A stretch of 64,000 nucleotides of DNA from Candidatus Bathyarchaeota archaeon (GTDB lineage: Archaea > Thermoproteota > Bathyarchaeia > Bathyarchaeales > Bathycorpusculaceae): contig CAVZJV010000014.1 of assembly GCA_963775685.1 (NCBI GenBank), forward strand, positions 1,824,001 through 1,888,000. Reading direction: 5' to 3'. Made by a program: the position numbers and the translations under genes. Shown here in pieces: positions 19,043 to 28,927 of this stretch; positions within the stretch are counted from its first letter, which is position 1, and every line of letters begins with the position of its first letter. Under the pieces are notes generated by a model, which had not been told where the DNA came from, ran no database searches, and was given only the letters and a program-made list of their open reading frames with translations.

Positions 19043-20269
19043 ATGGAGGCCTCTCGAGAATTCGTTTACCAAAAATTCGCCGAATACTACAAAGACCCCT
19101 CTACAAGGGTTCCTTCGCCTCCTCTGCCTGATCAACGGGAATTCGGCTACCTCATGTTCAAGGAACGGTTCATGGTGCGACACTTGCGGTTCAGTGCCAT
19201 CAGTAACCTAAGGGCTGTGATTGCTGAAACGGTCCCCTCCGACGTCTATCACAGTTGCGCCTATTATGAAAACCCCGACTACGACATGGACAAAAAAGGC
19301 TGGATAGGCTCTGACCTAGTCTTTGATATAGACGCCGACCACATTCCAACTACATGCAATAAAATCCATGATGAATTTAGATGTGTAAAATGTGGTTTTG
19401 AAGGCAGAGGAATCACTCCGGAAGTTTGCCCTTGTTGTGAAGCAACAAAGTTTGAAACCAAAATTTGGGCTTGTGATTTGTGCATTCAATCCGCCCGCGA
19501 CGAAACCGCCAAGCTTTTAGAAATGTTGGAGAACGATTTTGGTTTTTCCCAAGATGAGTTGCATGTCTATTTTTCGGGGCATCGAGGCTACCATGTACAC
19601 GTAGAAACAGAATCTGTACGGTCGCTTGATGCGTTGGCCCGCAAAGAAATCGTTGATTACGTCACGGGACTAGGCCTCAGTATCCTTGACAAAGAAGCAA
19701 GAGAGAAACGGGGAAAACGCGGGGGTGCTAAAAAGTTTAGTTTACATAACTTCGGCTGGAATCGGAGACTAAAACTCGGTATGCTGGATTTCCTTTTAAA
19801 CGCCACCAAAGAAGATCTCAGAGCTGTTGGCTTAAAAAACAAGGCGCTCCTGGACAACAAGAACGCCATTATTAAACGCGCCATCAACGACGGTCGATGG
19901 GAAAGCATAAACGGCGTAAGCATTCAAACATGGCTAAAACTCGCCGAGTACATACGTGAAATCAAATCCTCAAAAATCGACACAGTCGTCACTACCGACA
20001 TTCACCGCCTAATCCGCATGAACGGCACCTTGCATGGCAAAACGGGACTCAAAAAAGTCAAATTCCCAGCAGAAAACCTTCAAGATTTTGACCCCTTCAC
20101 GGGAGCGGTAGCTTTTAAAAAGGGTACAGCTAAAGTGTTGGTGTTTGATGCGCCAGAGTTTAGATTGAGTGGGAAAACGTTGGGTCCATATAAGAACCAG
20201 ATTGTTGAGTTGCCAATTGCGGCGGCGGTTATGCTTATCTGTAAGAGAAGAGCTGAGGTGGCAAAGTAA
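19043..20269 (+). CDS. priS: DNA primase catalytic subunit PriS with extended Cys-rich insertion
   Basis: REFG, DVYHSCAYY, DLVFDIDAD, FSGHRGYH, IDTVVTTDIHRLIR. Confidence 0.94.
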   Translation: MEASREFVYQKFAEYYKDPSTRVPSPPLPDQREFGYLMFKERFMVRHLRFSAISNLRAVIAETVPSDVYHSCAYYENPDYDMDKKGWIGSDLVFDIDADHIPTTCNKIHDEFRCVKCGFEGRGITPEVCPCCEATKFETKIWACDLCIQSARDETAKLLEMLENDFGFSQDELHVYFSGHRGYHVHVETESVRSLDALARKEIVDYVTGLGLSILDKEAREKRGKRGGAKKFSLHNFGWNRRLKLGMLDFLLNATKEDLRAVGLKNKALLDNKNAIIKRAINDGRWESINGVSIQTWLKLAEYIREIKSSKIDTVVTTDIHRLIRMNGTLHGKTGLKKVKFPAENLQDFDPFTGAVAFKKGTAKVLVFDAPEFRLSGKTLGPYKNQIVELPIAAAVMLICKRRAEVAK

Positions 20270-20859
20270 TGTACAATCAACTTTATGCAGCTTGGCAAAG
20301 AGAAATCAACGACCCCACACTTGGAGCATTACCTCAGGAGTTCTACAGCAAAATTGCCGAGTATATGCATCGCATAAAAGAAGAGGACAAAGTGCTGGAT
20401 AAGAAATCTATCAAGATGAACCTGCTTATTCATGAATCCGCTAACGTTGAGCGGATGCTAGAGCAACTGCTTGAGTTCAGGTACCGAAAGCTCATCAAAA
20501 CCGTCACCAAAAACAAGAAGTTGCCAATTGAACTGTTGACTGTCGAAGAAGCCAAAATATGTGAGACCTTCGCAGACTTCGCAAAAACCTACCAACAGTT
20601 CGCCTACGACTTAATGAATGGCCAGATCACCCAGATTGTGGAGTCAGATAAAGCCCCAATAAAAGTTATTGTCAAAACCGAAACATTCTCAGTACCAAAA
20701 AGGTCGACAATTCGGTTCCTAAAGGGTATACCAGCCATCATGGGTGCAGACATGAAATCCTACGGGCCATTCCTTGCAGAGGATGTTGCCTCGCTGCCGC
20801 CTCAGAACGCGCAGATTTTGGTTAAGCAGGGTTTAGCCGTTCTGGTTGACGTCTCCTGA
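20269..20859 (+). CDS. gins15: GINS complex subunit Gins15 (Gins51)
   Basis: LPQEFY, C-terminal IRFLKGIPAIMGADMKSYGPF; follows priS. Confidence 0.88.
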   Translation: MYNQLYAAWQREINDPTLGALPQEFYSKIAEYMHRIKEEDKVLDKKSIKMNLLIHESANVERMLEQLLEFRYRKLIKTVTKNKKLPIELLTVEEAKICETFADFAKTYQQFAYDLMNGQITQIVESDKAPIKVIVKTETFSVPKRSTIRFLKGIPAIMGADMKSYGPFLAEDVASLPPQNAQILVKQGLAVLVDVS

Positions 20860-21835
20860 TTTTTTTCCATAATCCTTGGCTTATAAGCAGAATCAAAGGA
20901 TATGAAATTATCCATGCCATCGCGTACAGCGGTCCAAGGTAGAAGTGAAAATCTTGCACAGGTTTTGAGTCTACACCAAACTGCATGCCGAGCGAGAAAA
21001 TGGTTGCTATCCGTAGAACATTAATAAAGTAAGTAATGCCTGCGCCAAACGCAAAGAAGCCCACTTTAGCTTTCCAAGAAATATTCATGCGCTTCAAGAA
21101 CAACAAAGCCACCGCCGTAAATATAAGCAGACTCTCTATGCCAGCGCAAGGCCACGCTATCGTAAATTGTGCTGTTCCCAACGGACCGGCAACATGAAGA
21201 AGCGGCATCCCAGTTGCAACATCTGTTCCAAGCGTGGCTACATTACCCATCAAACCTAAAACGCGCGCGGCAAGACCAGCGGTCGTTGGAACTAACAACT
21301 GGAAAGGCGTAAACTGCCCATAAGGAAAAACATTATCGATGGTATAGAGAACCCCAACTAGCCCCAAAAATAGAGCAGGCAAAGCAAAACAAGTCAGCCC
21401 CTTCTTTCCAAAGGAGAGGAAAACAGTGAAACAAAAGAGAAGAGAAAAGATAAGGTATTCGATAGCAAGCGGCATAGACTCTGAAAAGGCAATTCCACTG
21501 TGAAGCGCCCAACTTACAACGACAGCATTCAATCCAAAAAAACTCTCAGATACAACGTACAGTGTAGGAAGCAACAAAATCGAAGTAAACCCAAGTAGTC
21601 TTAGCTTGTTCTGTTTGTTTATTTTTAGCTTGATTGTTTCCCAACTTAGAATAAATTCTAACGCCACCAACCAGATGAAGAACAACTGAAAAGTTCGCCC
21701 TTTCCACATTAACTCGAATGAACTCGGATTCAAAAAATACAATAAAGCTAAAGGAACCACAAAGGTGATGAGCGGCAAAAGTTTAAGGATTATGCTTGAG
21801 CGTTCTTTGTTTGGCGAAACTGAATTGCTCATCAT
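20822..21835 (-). CDS. Archaeosortase/exosortase family protein (thaumarchaeosortase-like)
   Basis: Multi-TM; WKGR, IAWPCAGIESL (catalytic Cys), NVLRI (Arg), FH (His). Confidence 0.85.
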   Translation of the reverse strand: MMSNSVSPNKERSSIILKLLPLITFVVPLALLYFLNPSSFELMWKGRTFQLFFIWLVALEFILSWETIKLKINKQNKLRLLGFTSILLLPTLYVVSESFFGLNAVVVSWALHSGIAFSESMPLAIEYLIFSLLFCFTVFLSFGKKGLTCFALPALFLGLVGVLYTIDNVFPYGQFTPFQLLVPTTAGLAARVLGLMGNVATLGTDVATGMPLLHVAGPLGTAQFTIAWPCAGIESLLIFTAVALLFLKRMNISWKAKVGFFAFGAGITYFINVLRIATIFSLGMQFGVDSKPVQDFHFYLGPLYAMAWIISYPLILLISQGLWKKIRRRQPERLNPA

Positions 21836-21941
21836 GTTTTACACAGCTTAACCATAGTTTGTCAAATTAAAAAGCGATATGCCTCGCTATAATAAAACGG
21901 CGTTTAACGGGCGAGAGCAAAAACAAGAGAAAATATAGCGT

Positions 21942-22295
21942 TTAGCTATATTCTCGGTATGTGTAATTGCATTTGGTGCAACGGAGAAACTGAGTTGAGG
22001 ACTCGTCTGCTCCTCGCGTTTGTACCTGCCAAACGTACGCCGTGTTGTTACCGCATCTTGGACACTCAATGCGTACCGTCGGCAACGTGCTCAATTTCTG
22101 CTCCTCTTTACCGATGACTGCGACAAACTGTTGAGGATTATGTTGGATGACTTTGGCCATTTTAGGCTCGATTTTTTTATCCGCCTCAGGCTTTTTGTAA
22201 CCACATTTAGGGCAAGCAAGAACCAAAGTTGCATCTTTACCGCTCTTAGATTTCTTTGGCTCTAGGCGAGAACCGCATTTAGGGCAGAATTCCAT
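21942..22295 (-). CDS. tfs: Transcription factor S (TFS)
   Basis: FCPKCG, CPRCGN, QTRGADE (acidic DE), FLRCTKC. Confidence 0.93.
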   Translation of the reverse strand: MEFCPKCGSRLEPKKSKSGKDATLVLACPKCGYKKPEADKKIEPKMAKVIQHNPQQFVAVIGKEEQKLSTLPTVRIECPRCGNNTAYVWQVQTRGADESSTQFLRCTKCNYTYREYS

Positions 22296-22367
22296 AGTCA
22301 ACTACTCCAAACGTTTTGGGATTTCCTTAGCTTGGTACCTTTTAAACTTTTTCTAAATTAGTCTTAG

Positions 22368-22934
22368 TCAAGGGCTAATTCCCGAAGCAATCAGGTGGGC
22401 AACACGCAACGGCTCAGGTAAACTGCTTCGTGTCGAAGTTAACGTTATGATTTTTTGAGCGTCGGCAAGTGAAATTCCAGCCAACTCCAAATAGATTTTG
22501 GACCCCTTGTTGGTTATCTCATGAATTTTTCCAGCCTCAATAACTACTCTCCAACGTTCCTCACTGCGTGGTAAGTTTTTGAGCGCTTCATGAATCTTAT
22601 TCAAATCGGGCTTCTCACTAGTTAACGCTAAAACAGGAAGACCTGTTTCAGCATTCAAGCTTTTAATGTCAACTAAGTTGAACCCTGCAAAAGTAATTCC
22701 ATTTAACATCAACAAACGCAGTTGCCTACGGTGAGGAGAATAGTTAATCATTGAAACAAACTTCTCGGTAGCATCTAAACCGTCAATGGCAACATGGGTA
22801 TGCATAACTCCATCAAGGGAGTAGCCACCTCGGAAAACAACACCTACAACAATGACACTGCCTTCTGTATGTGGAGTAAATTTTCCATCATCAATTCCAA
22901 GGACCCTGATTTCGGGTTTTATTACACGAAACAT
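22368..22934 (-). CDS. DUF99 family (endonuclease V-like) protein
   Basis: IRVLGIDDG, DGLDAT, GITFAGFN, PEPLRVAHLIA. Confidence 0.88.
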   Translation of the reverse strand: MFRVIKPEIRVLGIDDGKFTPHTEGSVIVVGVVFRGGYSLDGVMHTHVAIDGLDATEKFVSMINYSPHRRQLRLLMLNGITFAGFNLVDIKSLNAETGLPVLALTSEKPDLNKIHEALKNLPRSEERWRVVIEAGKIHEITNKGSKIYLELAGISLADAQKIITLTSTRSSLPEPLRVAHLIASGISP

Positions 22935-23074
22935 TCTAGGTTTGCTCAAACCCTTCATCCCCTAAACCTAAATAAAGAAAGTTTTTCAAATAAGAAGCAG
23001 TGGTAAAAATATCAAAATAGGATAAAAGTCTAAAGCATGTCAAGAACTAAAGAAAAATCCTAATATAAAAAAAT

Positions 23075-23356
23075 TTAGGCTTTAAGGACGCGGTTTAATT
23101 CTTTGCCGAAAGCGTCATTTGCCTCGCGAACTTTTTGTGTAGCTTCGATTAGGGCATCTTCGGGCCGGTTGTTGCCTTTCATTCTGATGTAGATGATTGG
23201 GCTTGAAGCTAAAGGATGCGGAACATCATAGCCCGCAAATTCCACTTTTTTATCTTCCAGCAGTCTCTTGGCTAAAAGGTTACAGAGCCCATGGCTTGAG
23301 CCCTCTATTTCTATCTTTAGCTCATTTTCTGATTTCTTTAACACTTTAACATTCAT
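23075..23356 (-). CDS. rpoL: RNA polymerase subunit Rpo11 (RpoL)
   Basis: GSSHGLCNLL, FAGYDVPHPL. Confidence 0.92.
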   Translation of the reverse strand: MNVKVLKKSENELKIEIEGSSHGLCNLLAKRLLEDKKVEFAGYDVPHPLASSPIIYIRMKGNNRPEDALIEATQKVREANDAFGKELNRVLKA

Positions 23357-23371
23357 GCAGTTTCCGCCTTA

Positions 23372-23953
23372 TTAGATTTGTTCTTTGCCGTAATCTGGAG
23401 ATATTTTGCGTGTTTCTATGTTGCCATCTTTTGGGCATTTCAGGTCGTACCCATTCTGCTCAAGCAAGGTGCCGCATCGCGAACAAAAACCATACAGAAC
23501 CCCTAAGCCCTTGTCGTTGGTTGATAGATGGTAAACTTGATTCTTTTCGCTGATAACTTTTGCTCTGATAATATCGCCTGGCTTACACACGTCACTAATT
23601 TGATCAACATATCTGTCGGAAACATCTGAAACATGTAGAATCCCTCCGAAGTTGCCAGTAAGTTTTTTATTTCCAATCCTGAAAATTCGGACCAACACGT
23701 TATCCGATTGCGCGTTTCCAATTTGCCCAATGACAACTGTCGAAACTTTGGGCACAACTACGCCTTGAACCACTGGGTAAACAGAAACTTTTCTATTCTG
23801 TAAATCAACCAGTGAACGTCCAATAATCTTTGAGTATATAACGCCGTCCTTAACGAAAGTTCCCGAGTCGGGAATGAATTCTTCAATAACGCCCAAGCGT
23901 TCGCCAGGCAATACTAAATGACCGCTTTTTTCTTCTGCAGATTTTAGACTCAT
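23372..23953 (-). CDS. csl4: Exosome RNA-binding protein Csl4
   Basis: VLPGERLGVIEEF, S1 domain, CSRC..CPKDG ETRK Zn ribbon. Confidence 0.92.
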   Translation of the reverse strand: MSLKSAEEKSGHLVLPGERLGVIEEFIPDSGTFVKDGVIYSKIIGRSLVDLQNRKVSVYPVVQGVVVPKVSTVVIGQIGNAQSDNVLVRIFRIGNKKLTGNFGGILHVSDVSDRYVDQISDVCKPGDIIRAKVISEKNQVYHLSTNDKGLGVLYGFCSRCGTLLEQNGYDLKCPKDGNIETRKISPDYGKEQI

Positions 23954-24077
23954 GATGGTTCCCTTTGCTTTAAAGTAAGCTTGATTTTGATAAATGCATA
24001 TGCTTAGTTTCCATTCTGCTCAATAAACCTTTTGATTAATAAATAAAAAACGTTTTTCTGACAGCCTAGAACTTTCT

Positions 24078-24779
24078 TTAGGCACGGTTCTTCTTAATTA
24101 CATACAAGTCGATGACAAAGTCATGTTTTAGTTTTGTGTGGAACTCAAACATACGCGGAATAGTCATTAACATAGCATAAACCTCCTTAACTACCCCACC
24201 GTGCTTCTCTACAAAACGTTGCAGAAAAGGAGAAGGCTTAACCCGCAAAAATCCTCCGTTAGCTTTGAGTTGTCCAATCAAGCGTTGATCAACTTCAGGA
24301 TGATTATGGAGCGAATAGATAGAGAAGGCAACTTCAAGCGCCTTTGCCAAGAACAATCGGTCAGCTTCACGCGTCTGCACCCCAAATGGCGGATTCATCA
24401 AAACAGTATCAAAACACCCTATAACCGAGCCAACGTCAGAATTAACCCATTGAACACAATCTGCAAAACCTACTTTAAGCGAATTGTCGTAGGCAGTTTT
24501 AATTGCTAATTGATCAAGATCGACACCTACCACTTCCTTAGCACCAAGAAAACAAGCCCCTAAAGAGAGCCTTCCCGTGCCACAGCCCAAATCCAAGACA
24601 GATTTTTCAACAATATCGCCGTTTGGGTAGGCAGCAATGTAGAGCATATTGGCGGCTATCTGCTCGGAGAGGGTGTACTGTTCAAGATGTACCTTTGGCA
24701 AGGGCTGGACTTTAACCGTTGAGAGGAACCGCTCAAGGTCTAGTTTTCGAATAAGCCGTTTTTGATTAAACTCTCCCAT
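24078..24779 (-). CDS. METTL5-family N6-adenine RNA methyltransferase
   Basis: HLEQY, LDLGCGTGRL, MNPPFG. Confidence 0.88.
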   Translation of the reverse strand: MGEFNQKRLIRKLDLERFLSTVKVQPLPKVHLEQYTLSEQIAANMLYIAAYPNGDIVEKSVLDLGCGTGRLSLGACFLGAKEVVGVDLDQLAIKTAYDNSLKVGFADCVQWVNSDVGSVIGCFDTVLMNPPFGVQTREADRLFLAKALEVAFSIYSLHNHPEVDQRLIGQLKANGGFLRVKPSPFLQRFVEKHGGVVKEVYAMLMTIPRMFEFHTKLKHDFVIDLYVIKKNRA

Positions 24780-25741
24780 GAAACCTCGCCGCAAACAACC
24801 ATAAACTCGTTAACGGTTAAGATTGGTTTTTGAAACTTTCCCGGTGCATCAAGCGATATGCGTGGACAAGCTGTATTTACGTAGGCATCTATGCTGGGAA
24901 ACTCTAGTAGTGTTTCAGGCGTAATTTCTCTGCCAGCCAACAGAAACGCTACCCAACCGCTCTTTTCCGCCAAAAATTTAACCTTAAGTGCACTATCTAG
25001 GTGTTTTTGCCCTGGCTTTAACCCAATGAGAACACCAAAAGATTTAGCGTCCTTAGCCTCTTGGATACTTGCGAACCGTTGTTTTAAGATTCGTTGGGCT
25101 TGGTCGTTGACTTGGAAGGCTCGGTTGTCGTAAGGATCAGCGATAATTGTTGGTTTATCCGTGCTTAAAGCAATACCTAATGCATGGAACATGCCGCCAC
25201 CCACAAACAGGAAAGCCTCAACCTCATCAGCGATGAATGTTGCGTTGCTGTAGTTGCAACCAGTAACTTGCCCAGCATACCCCATCTGACCTGCGTCACC
25301 TATTATTACCATTTTTCCAGCTAATCTCAGGAGTTCTTTTGCATCATGGATTGATTGTAAATGCTGGACAGAGGTTGTTAACCCAATTTTTTGAAACCCT
25401 TGCAAAAGGGGAATAGCTTGAAGAACAGCGGCATCAATGGTCACAGTTGCCCTGCATTCGACATAAATTGAGGGAACACAAGTCTGATTGACCATTTTAG
25501 CGTGACCAAAATGCACAATCAAATCCACGCCTAAACCCTCCGCTTCTGAATCAGCGATGTCACAAGCGCCATAACATGGGTCAGAAGAAATTATCGGCAA
25601 CGCACCAGCCGCCTCAACGATCTCAGCAATTTTGGTGACTTGGGGTTTCAATCCTTGAGGCATTTGCAGCAGAACACGCTTGGCACACAGTCTGCCAATT
25701 TCTTGCTTGATTGTTTCCTCTTCAAAATCAAAATCCAACAT
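24740..25741 (-). CDS. dph2: Diphthamide biosynthesis enzyme Dph2
   Basis: QMPQGLK, PCYGACD, HFGH, GQVTGC, TACPR. Confidence 0.93.
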   Translation of the reverse strand: MLDFDFEEETIKQEIGRLCAKRVLLQMPQGLKPQVTKIAEIVEAAGALPIISSDPCYGACDIADSEAEGLGVDLIVHFGHAKMVNQTCVPSIYVECRATVTIDAAVLQAIPLLQGFQKIGLTTSVQHLQSIHDAKELLRLAGKMVIIGDAGQMGYAGQVTGCNYSNATFIADEVEAFLFVGGGMFHALGIALSTDKPTIIADPYDNRAFQVNDQAQRILKQRFASIQEAKDAKSFGVLIGLKPGQKHLDSALKVKFLAEKSGWVAFLLAGREITPETLLEFPSIDAYVNTACPRISLDAPGKFQKPILTVNEFMVVCGEVSWESLIKNGLFEN

Positions 25742-25792
25742 ATTCTGTCCACTAACAAAACAAACTAAAACAAAGAGAAAGCACAAAAGTGC

Positions 25793-28219
25793 TTAGGGGG
25801 ACCATTCCCAGTCTTGGGTTGGCTTTTTGAGGGGTTGCCCGCGGGCTAAAGCAGCTTGTTCGGCTAAGCGTTCAAGGATGATTTTTTGTTCTACGCTGGC
25901 AACATGTTTGCGTGTTGTGACAACGGCGTCGTTATTGACTGATATGCTATCGATTCCAACTCGGACGAGGAATTCCGCGAAATCCGGCAAATTAGATGGC
26001 CCTTCACCGCAGATGCTAACGGTGCAGCCGTTTTCGTGGGCGGCTTTTATGAGGTGGGCTATAATGCGTTTGACTGCTGGGTCACGCTCGTCAAAGTACC
26101 CCATTTGACCCAAACGTTCAGAGTCGCGGTCAATCATAAGGACACCTTGGGTCATGTCGTTTGATCCGATACTGAGACCATCAACGAGTTTGCTGAATTC
26201 GTCGGCCATAATTCCTATTGAGGGTGTCTCTGCCATGAACCAGATTTTAAAGTCTTTGTTGCGTTCCAAGCCCTCATCTTTCATGATCTGGAGAACCGCT
26301 TTGGCTTCCCAGAGTGTGCGGACCATCGGCAACATGACGTAGACGTTTTTAAGAGCCCATTCGGTGCGACATTTCTTGATAGCTTGACATTCCAGTCGGA
26401 AAGCTTTATCGTACCATTTGCTGATGTAGCGGCTGCAGCCTCTCCAACCCAACATGGGGTTTTCTTCGATGATTTCGTATTTGTCACCGCCTTTTAATCC
26501 GCGGTATTCGTTTGTCTTGAAGTCGCTTAAGCGTACCACGACGGGTTTAGGCTGGATTGCTCTTGCCACGGTTGCGATGCCATCGGCAAGTTTATCGACG
26601 AACAATTGACTTTGACCTGCATCAACAAAGGCCATTGGATGTTGTCCGATGGCGCTGGCTAAGATGAATTCGGTACGCATCAAGCCTATGCCTTCAAAAG
26701 GCAAGTTCTTATATTGTTCGATCATCTCGGGGGTACCAAGGTTCATATAGATCTTTGTGGCGGTGACGGGAGCTGCGTCTGCGATTTGCATGACTACGCC
26801 GCCGTTGTTTGATGAGGCTGGTTGAACTGCTTGAGCCATTATGCCCTCGTAGATAACGCCGTTTCTAGAATCCACGGTGTACTCTCGACCTGTCTTCATT
26901 ATTTGTGTACCATTTTCAGTGCCTACAACGCAGGGGATGTTAAGTTCTCGACTTACAATGGCGGCGTGAGAGGTGATTCCGCCTTTATCTGTAACTATTG
27001 CGCTTGCCATTTTCATGAATGGAACAAAGTCAGGGTCAGTCATGCCTGTAACAAGGATATCTCCTTTGTTCATGTCGCGATTGGCGTCGTCAAGGTTTAA
27101 GACCACTTTGGCTTTGCCTACACCGTAACCTCTTCTGCCCGCGGAGATGCCTCGAACTACAACTTTTAGGTCTTGTGCTCTGTTTTCTTCCATCTTGGAT
27201 TCTTCCGTTGTTTTTGATCCGAAAACGGTTTCTGGACGCGCCTGAACCAGCATCATGTTTTCAGGAAAAGATAGGTCTTGGTCGATTGCCCATTCAATAT
27301 CCATGGGTTTACCATAATGCTTCTCGATGCGTTTGGCTAGTTCGGCAAGCTTGTTGATTTCTTTGTCGCTTATGCAAACCGTCTTTTGTTCGGCTTCCGG
27401 GATATCTAAGTGAATGGTTTTTCCTGTTTTAGGGTCGCGTATATATTTGACGGTTTTTCTAGCTATGCGTCGGTCTTTTATTATCATTGAGTTTTTGTCC
27501 ACGACGAAGTCGTCGGGGTTAACGGCACCTGAGACTACAGTTTCACCTAGGCCGAAGTTGCCTTCGATTACTATTTCGTCTCGGTTGCCAGTGACTGGGT
27601 TAATCGTGAACATGACTCCTGCGGCTCGGGAGTTAACCATTTTCTGCACACCGACGCTGATGAAAACTTTCTCATGTGGGAAGCCTTTCTCATTTCGGTA
27701 AAAGATAGCTCGGGGCGTAAAGAGGCTGCTCCAACATTTGACGACTTTTTCTATGAGGTCGTCTGCTCCTTTAACGTTAAGATATGTTTCCTGTTGACCT
27801 GCAAACGATGCGTCTGGCAGATCTTCAGCGGTCGCGCTTGACCTTACAGCAACAAAAGTGTCTTTTAATTCGAAGCGTTTATTCAAATTCGCGTAAGCAT
27901 TTCTAATTGCGGTTTCGATGTCTTTAGGCATCAGAGTTTTTTCGATGAGTTCGCGGATTTTTTTAGACGCTGCATCGTATTGTTTGGGGTCGTTGGGGTT
28001 TGTGACTGTTTCTATTATAATTTGGTAAATTTGCTCAGCAATTTTTTTTTCAACAATAAATCTTTCATAGGAATATGCGGTGACGGCAAAACCAAAAGGA
28101 ACCGGCAGCGCCGCATGAATCATTTCACCAAGGCTGGCGTTCTTACCGCCAACAATGGATACGTCAGTATTTCTTAAAATATCAAACCATAAAACCAGTT
28201 CTTTCTCTTTGACGCTCAA
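25793..28219 (-). CDS. ppsA: Phosphoenolpyruvate synthase
   Basis: GGKNASLGE, RSSATAEDLP, GITSHAAIVSRE, ENPMLGWRG. Confidence 0.96.
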   Translation of the reverse strand: MSVKEKELVLWFDILRNTDVSIVGGKNASLGEMIHAALPVPFGFAVTAYSYERFIVEKKIAEQIYQIIIETVTNPNDPKQYDAASKKIRELIEKTLMPKDIETAIRNAYANLNKRFELKDTFVAVRSSATAEDLPDASFAGQQETYLNVKGADDLIEKVVKCWSSLFTPRAIFYRNEKGFPHEKVFISVGVQKMVNSRAAGVMFTINPVTGNRDEIVIEGNFGLGETVVSGAVNPDDFVVDKNSMIIKDRRIARKTVKYIRDPKTGKTIHLDIPEAEQKTVCISDKEINKLAELAKRIEKHYGKPMDIEWAIDQDLSFPENMMLVQARPETVFGSKTTEESKMEENRAQDLKVVVRGISAGRRGYGVGKAKVVLNLDDANRDMNKGDILVTGMTDPDFVPFMKMASAIVTDKGGITSHAAIVSRELNIPCVVGTENGTQIMKTGREYTVDSRNGVIYEGIMAQAVQPASSNNGGVVMQIADAAPVTATKIYMNLGTPEMIEQYKNLPFEGIGLMRTEFILASAIGQHPMAFVDAGQSQLFVDKLADGIATVARAIQPKPVVVRLSDFKTNEYRGLKGGDKYEIIEENPMLGWRGCSRYISKWYDKAFRLECQAIKKCRTEWALKNVYVMLPMVRTLWEAKAVLQIMKDEGLERNKDFKIWFMAETPSIGIMADEFSKLVDGLSIGSNDMTQGVLMIDRDSERLGQMGYFDERDPAVKRIIAHLIKAAHENGCTVSICGEGPSNLPDFAEFLVRVGIDSISVNNDAVVTTRKHVASVEQKIILERLAEQAALARGQPLKKPTQDWEWSP

Positions 28220-28758
28220 ATCGTCTCCGACTCCGGTTCAGCCATTTCGGCCATGATGGGAGAAGTTTTGATTTTAGAGATAACTATTTTGCAGGGTATG
28301 GGAAGTTTTGCGCTTCCTCGTTTGAGAGATTCTTTGGCTATTGCCTCTTGACCAGCTTTCACTTTGACTGTTATGAGGGGTTGACCTACCTCTACTTTTG
28401 CGGCTGTGCCGATTGCTGTCCCGAAAGAACGTCTCATTCCCTGTTGCAGTCGGTCTGCGTGGGCGCCGAAAATCATCTTGTTTTCCCTTAGGATGATGTG
28501 TGGGTATGGATGAACAACCATAAGGTAATCGTTTATGAGTTTATCCATTAAGATACGATTGGTTGCTACACGTGCTGCTTCTAGGGCACTGTGGCGTATC
28601 TGGGCTCGTTCCTGACCGATAAGTTGACCTTGGATTTCAAAGGTTCCCTTGGTATCGCCCATAGTAAACTTTACGATTTTTGGTGGTGGAAAACCTCTAG
28701 CGTATTTCTTCCGCGTATAGGGTCTATTTTTTACGTGCCTGTAGTTTCGTGCTTGCAT
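28216..28758 (-). CDS. rpl10e: 50S ribosomal protein L10e (uL16)
   Basis: QIRHSALEAAR, LRENKM..ADRLQQGMRRSFG. Confidence 0.95.
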   Translation of the reverse strand: MQARNYRHVKNRPYTRKKYARGFPPPKIVKFTMGDTKGTFEIQGQLIGQERAQIRHSALEAARVATNRILMDKLINDYLMVVHPYPHIILRENKMIFGAHADRLQQGMRRSFGTAIGTAAKVEVGQPLITVKVKAGQEAIAKESLKRGSAKLPIPCKIVISKIKTSPIMAEMAEPESETI

Positions 28759-28927
28759 GCAGCATCCCTTTTGTAAGGGATTTGCGCCCAGCAATATTTA
28801 AACGATTTGTAAATATGCCGCGATACTTCCGTGAATTTTGACGCTTCGAGTATTTTACTTAGAATATCGAATTTCAAGCGTTGGCTATCATCAACTTATA
28901 TAGTCAGATTTACTTTCTGATCCCCAA

